A stretch of DNA of 64,000 nt. It comes from a virus (Duplodnaviria; Caudoviricetes). The translations under genes and the position numbers were made by a program. Under the pieces are notes generated by a model, which had not been told where the DNA came from, did no database searches, and saw only the letters and a program-made list of their open reading frames with translations. Within the stretch, counting starts at the first letter, position 1. Each line of letters begins with the position of its first letter. Shown piece by piece: positions 35,991 through 46,285 of this stretch. The stretch spans positions 1 to 64,000 of the IMG/VR virus record IMGVR_UViG_2906610324_000001; one strand, 5' to 3'.

Positions 35991-37099
35991 AAGCCGTCAT
36001 GGAACAAGCCGCGCTCGCAAAGCTGCTCGGCCGCGTCGCGCGCGCCGTTGAACAGCGCAACACCATTCCAATCTTGAGCAACGTCCTGATCGATATCAGT
36101 CAGGATACGTTGAGCGTCAAGGCCACCGACCTTGACCTCGAGGTCATCGACTCGATCAGTGCCGAGGTGGCTAAGAAAGGCAGCACGACGGTACCGGCCA
36201 GGCTCTTCCATGACATCATCCGGAAGATGCCCTCCGGCTCGCAGGTGGTGCTGGAGCAGACCGGGGACTCTACCGCAGTCGTCAAGTCGGGCCGCTCTCG
36301 GTTCACGCTGCAGACCTTGCCGGTGAGCGATTATCCGAACCTTTCGGCCGATGACCTCAATGTCAGTTTCGCCGTCGCCGGGAAGGATCTGCGGCGGCTG
36401 GTCGATCGGGCAGCGTTCGCGATCTCGACGGAAGAGACCCGCTACTACCTCAACGGCATCTATCTGCATGCCGTGAAACAGGGAAATGTCGCGACACTGC
36501 GAGCGGTCGCCACCGACGGTCATCGCCTCGCCCAGGTCGAGTATCCCTTGCCGGAGGGAGCCGCGGACCTGAAGGGGATCATCGTGCCCCGGAAAACGGT
36601 CGGCGAAATCACGCGTCTCTTTGACGCTGGCGAGAACGAAATCCTCGTCGAGGCCTCCAGCAGCAAGATCCGATTCTCAGCCGGCGACCTGGTGCTGACA
36701 TCGAAGCTGATCGACGGCACTTTCCCGGACTACGGTCGTGTTATCCCGGTCAACAACGACAAGAAGATCGCGGTCGTCTGCAAGGACATGCTCGCCGCCA
36801 CCGATCGCGTCGCAACGATCTCCAGCGAGAAGGGCCGCGCCGTGAAGATGAGCCTCGGCGCCGGTAGGATCACCCTCAGTTGTCAGAACCCGGACGCCGG
36901 CACCGCAACGGACGAGTTGGAAGCGGAGTACAGCGGCGACGCAATGGATATCGGTTTCAACAGCCGATACCTGCACGACATCTTCACGCAGATCCAGGGC
37001 GATACCGTGAAGCTGGATCTCGGCGACCCGGGTTCGCCGGCGCTGCTGTGCGGCACCGACGAGTCGATCCTCTACGTCCTCATGCCGATGAGGGTGTAG
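35987..37099 (+). CDS. dnaN: DNA polymerase III beta sliding clamp
   Basis: RNTIPILSNV, ATDLD, TEETRYYLNG, ATDGHRL, SKLIDGTFPDY, VLMPMRV. Confidence 0.96.
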   Translation: MKAVMEQAALAKLLGRVARAVEQRNTIPILSNVLIDISQDTLSVKATDLDLEVIDSISAEVAKKGSTTVPARLFHDIIRKMPSGSQVVLEQTGDSTAVVKSGRSRFTLQTLPVSDYPNLSADDLNVSFAVAGKDLRRLVDRAAFAISTEETRYYLNGIYLHAVKQGNVATLRAVATDGHRLAQVEYPLPEGAADLKGIIVPRKTVGEITRLFDAGENEILVEASSSKIRFSAGDLVLTSKLIDGTFPDYGRVIPVNNDKKIAVVCKDMLAATDRVATISSEKGRAVKMSLGAGRITLSCQNPDAGTATDELEAEYSGDAMDIGFNSRYLHDIFTQIQGDTVKLDLGDPGSPALLCGTDESILYVLMPMRV

Positions 37100-37102
37100 C
37101 AG

Positions 37103-37330
37103 ATGGCGGTCATCAACCACGATGAGCGCAAGCTGGAAGCCGAACTGCTGCGCATTTTCAGAAGTCACGGCGTGTCGGCGCTGAATATCGAAGGTGTCCA
37201 ACACATTGGCCTCATCTCAGTCCGCCAAGTCGGAGACAAGGGCGGCCCGTATGTGCCGGGCGCGCCCCCGAATTCGGTGGCGATCGCGGTACCGACGTTG
37301 GTGCGGAACATCTTGGAGGCGCTGAGTTGA
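37103..37330 (+). CDS. Hypothetical protein
   Basis: Coupled ORF. Confidence 0.5.
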   Translation: MAVINHDERKLEAELLRIFRSHGVSALNIEGVQHIGLISVRQVGDKGGPYVPGAPPNSVAIAVPTLVRNILEALS

Positions 37331-39252
37331 GCCGCCGCAAGATCCTCGTTGCTGACCTTCTCTGCGGCGCCGGTGGTTCGTCCACCGGGTGCGCGCGGGC
37401 TCTCGCTGAGCTCGGGCTCGAGATGGAATTGGTCTGCGTCAACCATTGGGGCGTCGCGATCGAGACGCACAAGAAGAACCATCCGCTCGCCCGTCATTAT
37501 TGCGAGGATATCGCCGCGGTGCGTCCGCACATCATCGTGCCGGAGGGATATCTCGACCTGCTGATGGCGTCGCCGACGTGCACCCATCACTCCGTCGCGC
37601 GCGGCGGCAAGCCGACTTCTGACCAGCAGCGCTCCGACCCGTGGCACATCATCACCTGGCTGACGGAACTTCGCGTCAAGCGGTTGATCATCGAGAACGT
37701 CTGGGAATTCATCGGTTGGGGTCCGGTCGACGCGCGAACGGGCAAGCCGATCAAAAGCCGGAAAGGCGAGTATTTCGCGCTCTGGATCGACACCATCCGC
37801 CGGCTGGGTTTCGACCCGGAATGGCGGAAGTTGAACGCCGCCAATTACGGTGACGCGACCACCCGGCAGCGGTTCATCCTGAAGGCGCGCAACGACCGCA
37901 AGATGGTCGCCTGGGCGCCGCTGACCCATGCCAAGAGGGCCGAAGATACGTTGCTGTTCCCGGGTATGAAGCCGTGGAAGCCGGCCCGCGAAATCATCGA
38001 TTGGGACATCAAGGGCCGCTCGATCTTCGACCGGAAGAAACCCCTCGCGCCGAAGACGCTGGCCCGCATCTACGCCGGCGCCGTCAAGTTCAATTGGCCT
38101 GAGCCGTTTCTCGTCGTTCTGCGCAATCACATGAGCGGCCGGAGCCTGGACCAGCCGCTGCCGACCGTCGCGGCCAACGGCACTCACATCGCGCTCGCCG
38201 AGCCGATTTTGGTGAAGCAGAACTTCAGGCGGGATGCGCAGTCCGTCAATGACCCGGCGCCGACCGTGATGACACAGGCTCGAATTGGGCTCGCCGAGCC
38301 GCTTGTCCTGGCAACCGGTAGCGGCGCGGCCCGTCCAGCGAACGATCCGTTACCCACAATTACCACGGGCGGCGCTGGATCTGATGACCCAGGCTGCGCG
38401 CGGCCGATGCTGGTCGAGCCGTTCATCCTCAACCGCCACGGCGACGGCTATGCGGAGTCTCGGGCGCATTCGCTGGGCGATCCGGCGCCGACTGCAAACT
38501 GTGACGGTGGCGGGTACCTGGTCGAGCCGTTCATGCTGTCTCGTCATGCCGGCGGAGCGCCGCGATCTATCGACGACCCGACGCCGACCCAGGTCGCGAA
38601 GCAAAGCCACGTCCTGATATCGCCGTACTACGGTTCCGGATCCGGCGAGACCTGCAAGAGCGCCGAGGAGCCGCTGGACACCGTCACCTCCAAAGGGCGG
38701 TTTGGCATGGTGGTGCCGGTCACGCACACCCAGGGCGGCAACGCAACTCGCGATCTTGGCGACCCGCTGCCAACCTTGACCACGGCGAAGGGCGGCGAAT
38801 TCGCCATGGTCATGCCTGTCACTCATCACGATGGTAGCGATCGCGTTCGCGATCTGGGCGAGCCGATCCCGACCGTCACGACAGCCAACCGCGGCGAGCT
38901 CGCGTTCATCGCGGCCCAGTTCGGCGAGCGGCAAGGGCAAGCGCCGCGCGTGCACGACATCGCTGGGCCAACCCCCGCCATCACCGCCACCGGCCACATC
39001 AACCTCGTCGAGGCGACGCCGCAGTACGACATCCTCTTCCGGATGCTGGAGCCGCACGAACTCGCCGCGGCGATGGGCTTCAACGAAGACGAGGCCGAGT
39101 ACGAGTTCGCCGGTACCAAAACCCAGAAGATCAAACAAATTGGCAACGCCGTTTCTGTCTCGCTGATGAAGGCCGAGGTCTCCGCGATCATGTCGGATGC
39201 TGCCGTCATGCCTAAATCCGAGGCGCCGGCGAAACGTCGCGCGAGTGCCTGA
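37327..39252 (+). CDS. C5-cytosine DNA methyltransferase with a repeat-rich variable region
   Basis: DLLCGAGG, ASPTC, IENV, TTRQR, QIGNAV. Confidence 0.92.
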   Translation: MSRRKILVADLLCGAGGSSTGCARALAELGLEMELVCVNHWGVAIETHKKNHPLARHYCEDIAAVRPHIIVPEGYLDLLMASPTCTHHSVARGGKPTSDQQRSDPWHIITWLTELRVKRLIIENVWEFIGWGPVDARTGKPIKSRKGEYFALWIDTIRRLGFDPEWRKLNAANYGDATTRQRFILKARNDRKMVAWAPLTHAKRAEDTLLFPGMKPWKPAREIIDWDIKGRSIFDRKKPLAPKTLARIYAGAVKFNWPEPFLVVLRNHMSGRSLDQPLPTVAANGTHIALAEPILVKQNFRRDAQSVNDPAPTVMTQARIGLAEPLVLATGSGAARPANDPLPTITTGGAGSDDPGCARPMLVEPFILNRHGDGYAESRAHSLGDPAPTANCDGGGYLVEPFMLSRHAGGAPRSIDDPTPTQVAKQSHVLISPYYGSGSGETCKSAEEPLDTVTSKGRFGMVVPVTHTQGGNATRDLGDPLPTLTTAKGGEFAMVMPVTHHDGSDRVRDLGEPIPTVTTANRGELAFIAAQFGERQGQAPRVHDIAGPTPAITATGHINLVEATPQYDILFRMLEPHELAAAMGFNEDEAEYEFAGTKTQKIKQIGNAVSVSLMKAEVSAIMSDAAVMPKSEAPAKRRASA

Positions 39253-39253
39253 C

Positions 39254-40060
39254 ATGGCAAAGCCGAAACCATTCGCCACTGAAGTTGATCTGTGCAAGCG
39301 GTTCATCTCCTCGCTGCCCGAGGGATGGACCGCTTACGCCGAGTGCTGTGGCTGGGACATTCTGCTGGTGCGGAATGCTGACGGTTTCCAGATCGGCGTC
39401 GAGGCGAAGCTCCGGCTCAACACCGAGGTGATCAGCCAGGCGCTGGAGGAATACGGCGCCTTCTACGCCGATCACCCTGGCCCGGATTGCCGAGCCGTTC
39501 TCGTGCCGTTCGATTCACAGGGTGGGTTCGACCGCATCTGTCGCTATATCGGCCTGACCATCATCTATGTCCGGTCGGAAGAGCAGGTCAAAGCTGGGAC
39601 GAGTTTCGGGTATCGGCCGAAGTCGTTCGAGCCCGGGCTGCCAGGCGACCAGCACGGCACCAACGCGAAGGAGTGGCACGAGTGGGCGCCGGCGAAGCGG
39701 CACACGCTGCCGGATTACGTGCCCGACGTTGCCGCCGGCGCGCCGTCGCCGGTGCAACTGACCAGCTGGAAGATCGCTGCCATCAAAATCGCGATCATCC
39801 TTGAAAAGCGCGGCTTCCTCGTCCGCGCCGATTTCAAGCACGTCAACATCGACCACCGCCGCTGGCTGCCGTCCGGAGCCAGCTGGCTGGTGCTGGAAAA
39901 CGGCGTTTACCGCGGCGCGCCAAGCTTCCCGGATTTCAAGGCGCAGCACCCGCGCGTCTACGACCAGATCGCGGCCGACTTCGATCGCTGGAAGCCGGCC
40001 GAGCCGCTGGCGCCGTCCGAAGCCGCCGCGTCCGAACCGAAGCAGGAGAGTCTTCTGTGA
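39254..40060 (+). CDS. Hypothetical protein, possibly PD-(D/E)XK-like
   Basis: YAE..WDILL...IGVEAK. Confidence 0.55.
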   Translation: MAKPKPFATEVDLCKRFISSLPEGWTAYAECCGWDILLVRNADGFQIGVEAKLRLNTEVISQALEEYGAFYADHPGPDCRAVLVPFDSQGGFDRICRYIGLTIIYVRSEEQVKAGTSFGYRPKSFEPGLPGDQHGTNAKEWHEWAPAKRHTLPDYVPDVAAGAPSPVQLTSWKIAAIKIAIILEKRGFLVRADFKHVNIDHRRWLPSGASWLVLENGVYRGAPSFPDFKAQHPRVYDQIAADFDRWKPAEPLAPSEAAASEPKQESLL

Positions 40061-40410
40061 CCGATCGTATCGGATGCTGCATTCCGGGGTGTGGCCGCAC
40101 CTTCAAGCGCGAAGCCGGCGACGCCGAGGACGTGATGATCATGTGCGGTCGTCACTGGCGGATGGGCGACGTCGCCATGCGGAGCCGCCACAAGCAGTTG
40201 CGCGCGCGGGCGAGGTGGTTTGATCGCCGGTATGGCAAGCGCGGCAACGCGATCGAGCGGTCGCCGAAACGCACCAAGTTCTTCAGCGCATGGCAGCGGA
40301 CTTGCACTGCCTGCAGCGCGCTTTGGCACCGCATCAAGGACGATGTCGTGATCAAGGCAGCATTCGGCGCCGAAGACGCGCGCCGCAGGCGTCGAAAGGA
40401 AGTGGCGTGA
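40057..40410 (+). CDS. Hypothetical Cys/His protein
   Basis: CCIPGC...CGRHW. Confidence 0.6.
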   Translation: MTDRIGCCIPGCGRTFKREAGDAEDVMIMCGRHWRMGDVAMRSRHKQLRARARWFDRRYGKRGNAIERSPKRTKFFSAWQRTCTACSALWHRIKDDVVIKAAFGAEDARRRRRKEVA

Positions 40411-41090
40411 CGATTCACTATCACGGCACGCCGTTGTCTCCGCGGTCTGAGCTTATGAAGATGGCCGGCAAATGCTTCTGTGTGCCGTTCTCAGATGCGC
40501 GCGATGCAGAGACCTGCGTGGCAATCGGACAGGCGGTGATGTTCGACAACGGTAAGTTCGGCGCGCACACTCGCGGAGCGACGATCGACACGGCGAAGCT
40601 CTATGCCTGGTTGGACCGGTTCCTGGGCCACCCACATTGGGCGGTCGTCGAGGACGAGATCGACGGGACGGTCGAGGAGCAGCGCGCCATGACTGCACGC
40701 TGGCCGTTCCCGAGGCAGTTGTCGGCACCGGTGTGGCATATGGCGCTGCCGATCGAATACCTGCTCGAATTGGCCGACGGATGGCCGCGGATATGCTTCG
40801 GCTCGACGAGCCAATATTGGCAGGTCGGATCGGATCTGTGGTGCCGCCGGGCTGACGAAGCGTTCAACGAGCTCTCGAAGCGTCACCGGCACTTGCCGTG
40901 GGTTCACATGCTGCGTGGGATGTCTCTCGCCGGCGATCGCTGGCCGTTCGCTTCGGTCGACTCGGTCAACGTCGCCCGCAACTTCAAGGATTTCAATCAC
41001 TGCCCAGAGCGGATGGCACGACGCCTCGACGCCGTCCAATGCGGCGGCGTGTGGGTCGTTCAACCTCAGCAGCAGGATATGTTCGCGTGA
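40407..41090 (+). CDS. TGT/DpdA-like TIM-barrel protein (putative)
   Basis: FDNG.F, DEIDG, PVWH, HMLRG, SVDS. Confidence 0.5.
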   Translation: MTIHYHGTPLSPRSELMKMAGKCFCVPFSDARDAETCVAIGQAVMFDNGKFGAHTRGATIDTAKLYAWLDRFLGHPHWAVVEDEIDGTVEEQRAMTARWPFPRQLSAPVWHMALPIEYLLELADGWPRICFGSTSQYWQVGSDLWCRRADEAFNELSKRHRHLPWVHMLRGMSLAGDRWPFASVDSVNVARNFKDFNHCPERMARRLDAVQCGGVWVVQPQQQDMFA

Positions 41091-41296
41091 GGAACAAGAA
41101 CGGATATCGCGGGGTCCGGAAGAGCAGTGGCGCGTGGCGCTCGAAGCCGTACTTCGCGCGGCTGCGAGTTGACGGCGAATTTGTCTATTCCCCGCGGTGT
41201 GCCACTGCGATTGGAGCGGCCATCGAATACGACACGTTGGCGCGCCAGGCGCACGGTTCCAAAGCTGTCCTCAATTTCGACGGGAGGCGGTCGTGA
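41087..41296 (+). CDS. Stand-alone AP2-domain protein
   Basis: GYRGV...YFARL...AAIEYD..A..HG..AVLNF. Confidence 0.75.
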   Translation: MRNKNGYRGVRKSSGAWRSKPYFARLRVDGEFVYSPRCATAIGAAIEYDTLARQAHGSKAVLNFDGRRS

Positions 41297-42384
41297 CGCG
41301 CGAAGACACCGCCGAGATCAAGAAGCGGCTGAACGAGCAGTTGGAGCGCGTCCTTGACCATTTCTGGAAGGGGTACAAGACGCGCGGCAAGATCGCGTAT
41401 CCCGCTCCCGGCGTCAAAGGCGACCTCGGATCGTTTCAGGTCTATCTGGCGACGGTCGGCAAGTACACGCGCGGCTCATGGGTGCGCAGCTCGGCCGGCA
41501 TTGGCGGCGACGAGATCAATCTCTTCGCCTACGGCCTGACCGGAAGTCACAAGGCCGATGCCGAGGTGTTTGACCGCGCCCGGGAATTCGTCGGGCTCGA
41601 TCGCGCTCGTGAGGAGACGCCGGAGGAGCGGCGACGGCGCGAGGACAGGGCGGCCGAAGCCGCAGCGAAGCGGGCGGCGGACGACCAGCGTGCCGCGGAG
41701 CACGTCCAGGCCCGTCAGCGGAGCGCTGCCGAGATCTGGCAGGAGGCCGTGCCGATCGTCGGCACGCACGCCGAGGCCTATCTCCTCGCCCGCGGCATTC
41801 CTGTGCCGCCCGGCGGCTGGGATGACTGTCTCCGGTTTCACGGGCGCGTGCTGTACGACCTTGATGACCGGTTGGCCTTTCCCACGCTGGTCGCCCGCGT
41901 CGACGACGTCTTCGGGGACCTAACCGCCATCTGGAAAGTCCACCTTGATCCGGCGAAGGCCGCAAAGGCGCCAGTCGATAAGGCCAAGATTGGCGCTGGC
42001 GCGGCCGCTGGCGGTGCCGTGCGGATCGGCGGCGTCGCGGCTCATATAGGTCTCGGGGAGGGGCTGGAAACCTGTCTCGCCGCGCGCGCGCTGATCAAGT
42101 ATCGGCGCCCGGTCTGGGCCGGCCTCAGCACCAGCGGCGTTGCAGGACTCGAGCCGCCGATCGAGGTGGAGAGGATCACGTCTTTCCCGGACGGCGACAA
42201 GCCGTGGCGGCGCCAGGATGGCGACCTGGTTCTAGCCGAGCCCGCCGGCCGCGCCGCGGTGCGCAAGCTTCATGAACGCATGGTCGCGATCGGCAAGCTG
42301 CACGACAGCCAGCCGGAGCCGCGCATGCGGACCGACTATCTCGACATCTGGAATGCGCGGCGACGCGTGGAGGCCTCAGCTTGA
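41293..42384 (+). CDS. Toprim-domain primase
   Basis: AEAYLLARGI, LRFH, GGAVRI, GEGLET, FPDGD. Confidence 0.85.
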   Translation: MTREDTAEIKKRLNEQLERVLDHFWKGYKTRGKIAYPAPGVKGDLGSFQVYLATVGKYTRGSWVRSSAGIGGDEINLFAYGLTGSHKADAEVFDRAREFVGLDRAREETPEERRRREDRAAEAAAKRAADDQRAAEHVQARQRSAAEIWQEAVPIVGTHAEAYLLARGIPVPPGGWDDCLRFHGRVLYDLDDRLAFPTLVARVDDVFGDLTAIWKVHLDPAKAAKAPVDKAKIGAGAAAGGAVRIGGVAAHIGLGEGLETCLAARALIKYRRPVWAGLSTSGVAGLEPPIEVERITSFPDGDKPWRRQDGDLVLAEPAGRAAVRKLHERMVAIGKLHDSQPEPRMRTDYLDIWNARRRVEASA

Positions 42385-43700
42385 CGGTTCGAATTCTCAA
42401 TGGTGATTGCCGGGCCGTCGTCCGGCTCCTGCCTTCCAACTCGGTGCACGCCTGCGTCTGCTCGCCGCCGTACTTCCGCCTCCGCGATTACAAGATGGCT
42501 GGCCAGATCGGGCTCGAGAACTCGCCCGAGGCCTATATCACGGAGCTCGTCGACCTCTTCCGGGAGATCCGGCGCGTTCTGCGGGATGACGGCTCGCTCT
42601 GGATCAATATCGGCGACTGCTACGCGGGATCCGGCCGCGGCGGCAATCCTGCCGCGGCGTCCTCGACGCTGCTCGGTACGCTGCAGTCACAGGAAGCGTC
42701 CATGGTGGTGCGCCAGAACTGGGAGATCGGCGCGAGTGCAAGGATCGCGGCGCAGACCGAGCGCGGCAGCCGGTTGCCGGCGGGCAACCATGCGAAGGCC
42801 CAGGGCGACGGAGCGATCGGCCGCGCCTGGGAGCCGCCGCCGGCTGGGCTTAAGCAGAAGGATCTCATTGGAATCCCGTGGATGCTGGCCTTCGCGCTCC
42901 GCGCCGACGGCTGGTGGCTCCGCAAAGACAACATCTGGGCGAAGCCGAACGGTATGCCGGAAAGTACGCGGGATCGGTCGACGAGCGCGCACGAATACGT
43001 CTTCCACCTCGCGAAGTCGGAGACCTACTACCATGGTTATGAAGACGTCAGGCTACCGGCGGCGCCGGAGTCGGTAAGCCGATTGGCGCGCGCGATGCGG
43101 GACAAACTCGGCAGCGAGGGCGCGCTTGTCGTGAGTGGCGACGGCTATGCGCCGGAAGGGCAGCCGCCGCACTCCGGCGCCCGCAAACGCGATCGACGGC
43201 GCGGCCACGGCCGGCGTCATGCCGGCTTCAACGATCGCTGGGACGGAATGTCGGTGGCGGAGCAGCGCGCCAACGGCGCCGCGCTGCGGTCGGTATGGTG
43301 GGTCGCGCCCGGCGGGTTCAACGACGAGTTTTGCATCAAGTGCCGCAGATTCTACCCGAGTGCCGAACTGGGCCGTCTCCGAACCGAAAAGATTGAACGC
43401 GAGGGCCGCAAGCTGACGCTCCGCTATTGCGAATGCGGCTCCCACCATGATTGGCTGAACCATTTTGCCGTGATGCCGCCGGAGGTCGCCGCGGTTTGCA
43501 TCCTGGCCGGCGTGCCGCCGGGTGGAACCGTGCTCGATCCCTTCGCCGGCGCCGGCACCACCGGACTGGTCGCGGACCGGCTCCAACGCGACGCCATCCT
43601 GATCGAATTGAACGCGGACTACGCCGAGATGGCGGCCAAGCGGATCAGCGCCAGCCATCCCATGCTGACGTCGGTCGAGCTCGAGGCGGTGTCGGCATGA
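42381..43700 (+). CDS. N4-cytosine/N6-adenine DNA methyltransferase (beta class)
   Basis: SPPY, IWAKPN, HEYVF, HFAVMP, VLDPFAGAGTT. Confidence 0.92.
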   Translation: MTVRILNGDCRAVVRLLPSNSVHACVCSPPYFRLRDYKMAGQIGLENSPEAYITELVDLFREIRRVLRDDGSLWINIGDCYAGSGRGGNPAAASSTLLGTLQSQEASMVVRQNWEIGASARIAAQTERGSRLPAGNHAKAQGDGAIGRAWEPPPAGLKQKDLIGIPWMLAFALRADGWWLRKDNIWAKPNGMPESTRDRSTSAHEYVFHLAKSETYYHGYEDVRLPAAPESVSRLARAMRDKLGSEGALVVSGDGYAPEGQPPHSGARKRDRRRGHGRRHAGFNDRWDGMSVAEQRANGAALRSVWWVAPGGFNDEFCIKCRRFYPSAELGRLRTEKIEREGRKLTLRYCECGSHHDWLNHFAVMPPEVAAVCILAGVPPGGTVLDPFAGAGTTGLVADRLQRDAILIELNADYAEMAAKRISASHPMLTSVELEAVSA

Positions 43701-45124
43701 CCAAGCGTCCCGTCGCCACACCCAATAAGCCGACGCAGAATGTCCGCGCCGAAGAGGCGATCATTGGAAAAATTTTGGGGTCGGCCGAGACATTCTGGGC
43801 CGTCTCGGATCGAGTGTCGGCGGACCAATTCACGCTGCACCACCACCGCCTGATCTTCTCCGCGATCGAGGAATGCTGCCTCAACGGCGCGGGCCCCACA
43901 CTGTCGCTGCTCGAGTCCAAGCTCCCGACCGAGTTTGAAGGCGTCGGCGATACCGAGGCTGTGCTACAGATCCTGATCGAAAAGGCCGCGGACGTCAGCA
44001 GCGCGCTCGATTTTGTCGACGACATCATTCTGGCGTGGCGGGAACGCGCCCGCATACAACTCGGGAAGATCGCCACAGCGCCCGACAAGACCTTCGATCA
44101 AACGCGCCAGGAACTGGACGACATGCTCCGCGTGGTCGACGACCACGATCGAGTGCGACATGCCGTTGCGCTCGGTGACGCTGCCGGCAACGCGATGGCC
44201 AAAGCAGGGGAGGCCTACGAGCATCAGGGCAAGCGCGCGGTCGGCGTGCTCACCAAGATCCCGGAGTTGGACGAGGTTCTCGGGCCGATCGTCGGCGGAA
44301 CGACTGTCACGCTGGCTGCGCCATCTGGCCACGGCAAATCGGCCTTGATGGCGCAGATCCTGCGCGACAACGCCGGTCCTTCGCTGGACGAGACGAGCAT
44401 TTTCCCGGGCTTTTCGCTCAGCCTCGAAATGTCCGCGGAGCAGATCGCCTATCGCGACATCGCTTCGTTGTCCGGCGTCTCGGTCAAGAAGCAGATCAGC
44501 GGCGACTTCAATCAGAAGGAATTTCTCGACATCCGGCGGGCAAAGGAGCAGCTCGAGTCGATCAGGGTTTGGGTCCAAGACCGCAGCCGGATGACGATCA
44601 AGCAGATTGGCAACGAATTCAGGAAGGCAAAGCGCCGGTACGGCGTGAAGCAGTTCTGCATCGACCACTTGAAGCTGGTGGAGCCCGAGCAGGAGCATTG
44701 GAACGTCGTCCGAACCGTCGAATATGCCTCGGCCTATACCAAGGATCTCGCCAAGGAATTGGATGGTGTAGTCTGGCAACTCGCGCAACTGACCCGTGAG
44801 GGACAGCGCGCGCCCAGCTGGAAATTTGGCAGCGGCGATATCTACGGCGGCGGGCTCATCGTCGAGAACAGCGACATCATCGTTGGCCTGACGATCCCCA
44901 AGATCTGGCTCCGCGACAACGAGCCGGAGCCGGCATCGGAAGACAACCCGAAAGGCCGTGAGCAGCGCGATCGATGGCTGAGGGAATACGACATCTGGAA
45001 GGACAAGGCGGCTTTCGCCGTTTTCAAGAACCGCAGCGGCACGGGGTGCAAGTGGAAAAAGATCGACTTCAACGGCCCGCGAATGCTGTTCGGGGGGCTC
45101 GGCGGGGAAGATATACCGTTCTGA
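43697..45124 (+). CDS. dnaB: DnaB-like replicative helicase
   Basis: APSGHGKS, SLEMS, IDHL, LAQL, KNR. Confidence 0.88.
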   Translation: MTKRPVATPNKPTQNVRAEEAIIGKILGSAETFWAVSDRVSADQFTLHHHRLIFSAIEECCLNGAGPTLSLLESKLPTEFEGVGDTEAVLQILIEKAADVSSALDFVDDIILAWRERARIQLGKIATAPDKTFDQTRQELDDMLRVVDDHDRVRHAVALGDAAGNAMAKAGEAYEHQGKRAVGVLTKIPELDEVLGPIVGGTTVTLAAPSGHGKSALMAQILRDNAGPSLDETSIFPGFSLSLEMSAEQIAYRDIASLSGVSVKKQISGDFNQKEFLDIRRAKEQLESIRVWVQDRSRMTIKQIGNEFRKAKRRYGVKQFCIDHLKLVEPEQEHWNVVRTVEYASAYTKDLAKELDGVVWQLAQLTREGQRAPSWKFGSGDIYGGGLIVENSDIIVGLTIPKIWLRDNEPEPASEDNPKGREQRDRWLREYDIWKDKAAFAVFKNRSGTGCKWKKIDFNGPRMLFGGLGGEDIPF

Positions 45125-45448
45125 CCTGCGGCACGGGAGGGATTTGGACGGAAGCCGGACTTCGAGTCCTAGGGGCGTACTCATAAACGCCAGCGGTCCG
45201 GCGTCTGCCTCCGGAGAATAAACGGACATCGCGAAGCCACGTCGAAATCGATCGAGAATGACCCAAGCAGTCGTTGTTCGAGCCGGATGATCTCGCATTG
45301 CAGCATCTAGTCGGCGTCTTGTTCCCTCGACGTTGTTGGCCCAGTGCGATCTACTCGCGGTTGCATTAATCAAGACGCCCGTGCAATCATTGGTTGGCAT
45401 CAGGCCGGCAGTGCTCTGACAGGATACTGGTGCGGACGGGAAAGACCC

Positions 45449-46276
45449 ATGGTGGACTACACCAGTCATGATCTGAATCGCGCTGCACACATTCTTCAAG
45501 CCTTGAGGTGGCACGGGGAGGAGGAGCGCCGTCTTTGGGAGACCGAACTCGAGGAGGGACTTTCTATCGCCGACCTCCAGGCGAACGCCGAACAATTCTA
45601 CGATGACGTGGATCTACTCGAGTCTTTCCGCCTCGATTATCCAGCCGTACTCCTCGGTGACAACAGGGTTTTCGTTCCGGTCGCTCTTTCAGAAATCATT
45701 GCACCTAAAGCCTTGCAGGCCACCCTGACGGCTAGCTACCAGCGTCGCTCTCGTCCCGGCCCCTATTGGTTTTTTTTCCGGTATTTGCTCCGTTTCATTC
45801 CCCGCCCTTCTTTGCGCAATATGCTCTCCGAAGCGATAAAGAGAGGAATGGTGCGCTTCGGTGACGGCGCAACGATGTTATCACCTGCCGAGGCGCGGGA
45901 GACGTTCTTTCAGCGAGCGTGCGAGTTTTTGGCTACGCGCATCGCGGGACGGCGCAGCTTTCGCGGGGGGGAGCCTCCGGATGGGCCCGCGCCCGAACTC
46001 TCAATGCGTAAGTTCATCGGCGGTCCGCCAACCAAGGTGGCCGGCTGCATTTTCTCCGTTCACACGAAGTCGCCCGGGCTCTCTGCATATTGGTCTGGCG
46101 CCTACTTGATCTCTTCGAACTATCATGGTGCGCCAACCACGCCGGCAAGGGGCGTACTTCAAGCTGGTACTTACGTTTTCGGCGTAAGCGGCGGCGCTTA
46201 CGGCAACACCGTACAATGGGACCAGAATAAGGTCTGCACTCTTCCAGGAACGTCCAGCGTCACGCTCGACTATTGA
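45449..46276 (+). CDS. Unknown protein (moron gene 1)
   Basis: 275 aa ORF with lower-GC codons, preceded by its own ~320 bp intergenic region. Confidence 0.7.
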   Translation: MVDYTSHDLNRAAHILQALRWHGEEERRLWETELEEGLSIADLQANAEQFYDDVDLLESFRLDYPAVLLGDNRVFVPVALSEIIAPKALQATLTASYQRRSRPGPYWFFFRYLLRFIPRPSLRNMLSEAIKRGMVRFGDGATMLSPAEARETFFQRACEFLATRIAGRRSFRGGEPPDGPAPELSMRKFIGGPPTKVAGCIFSVHTKSPGLSAYWSGAYLISSNYHGAPTTPARGVLQAGTYVFGVSGGAYGNTVQWDQNKVCTLPGTSSVTLDY

Positions 46277-46285
46277 GGGCACACG

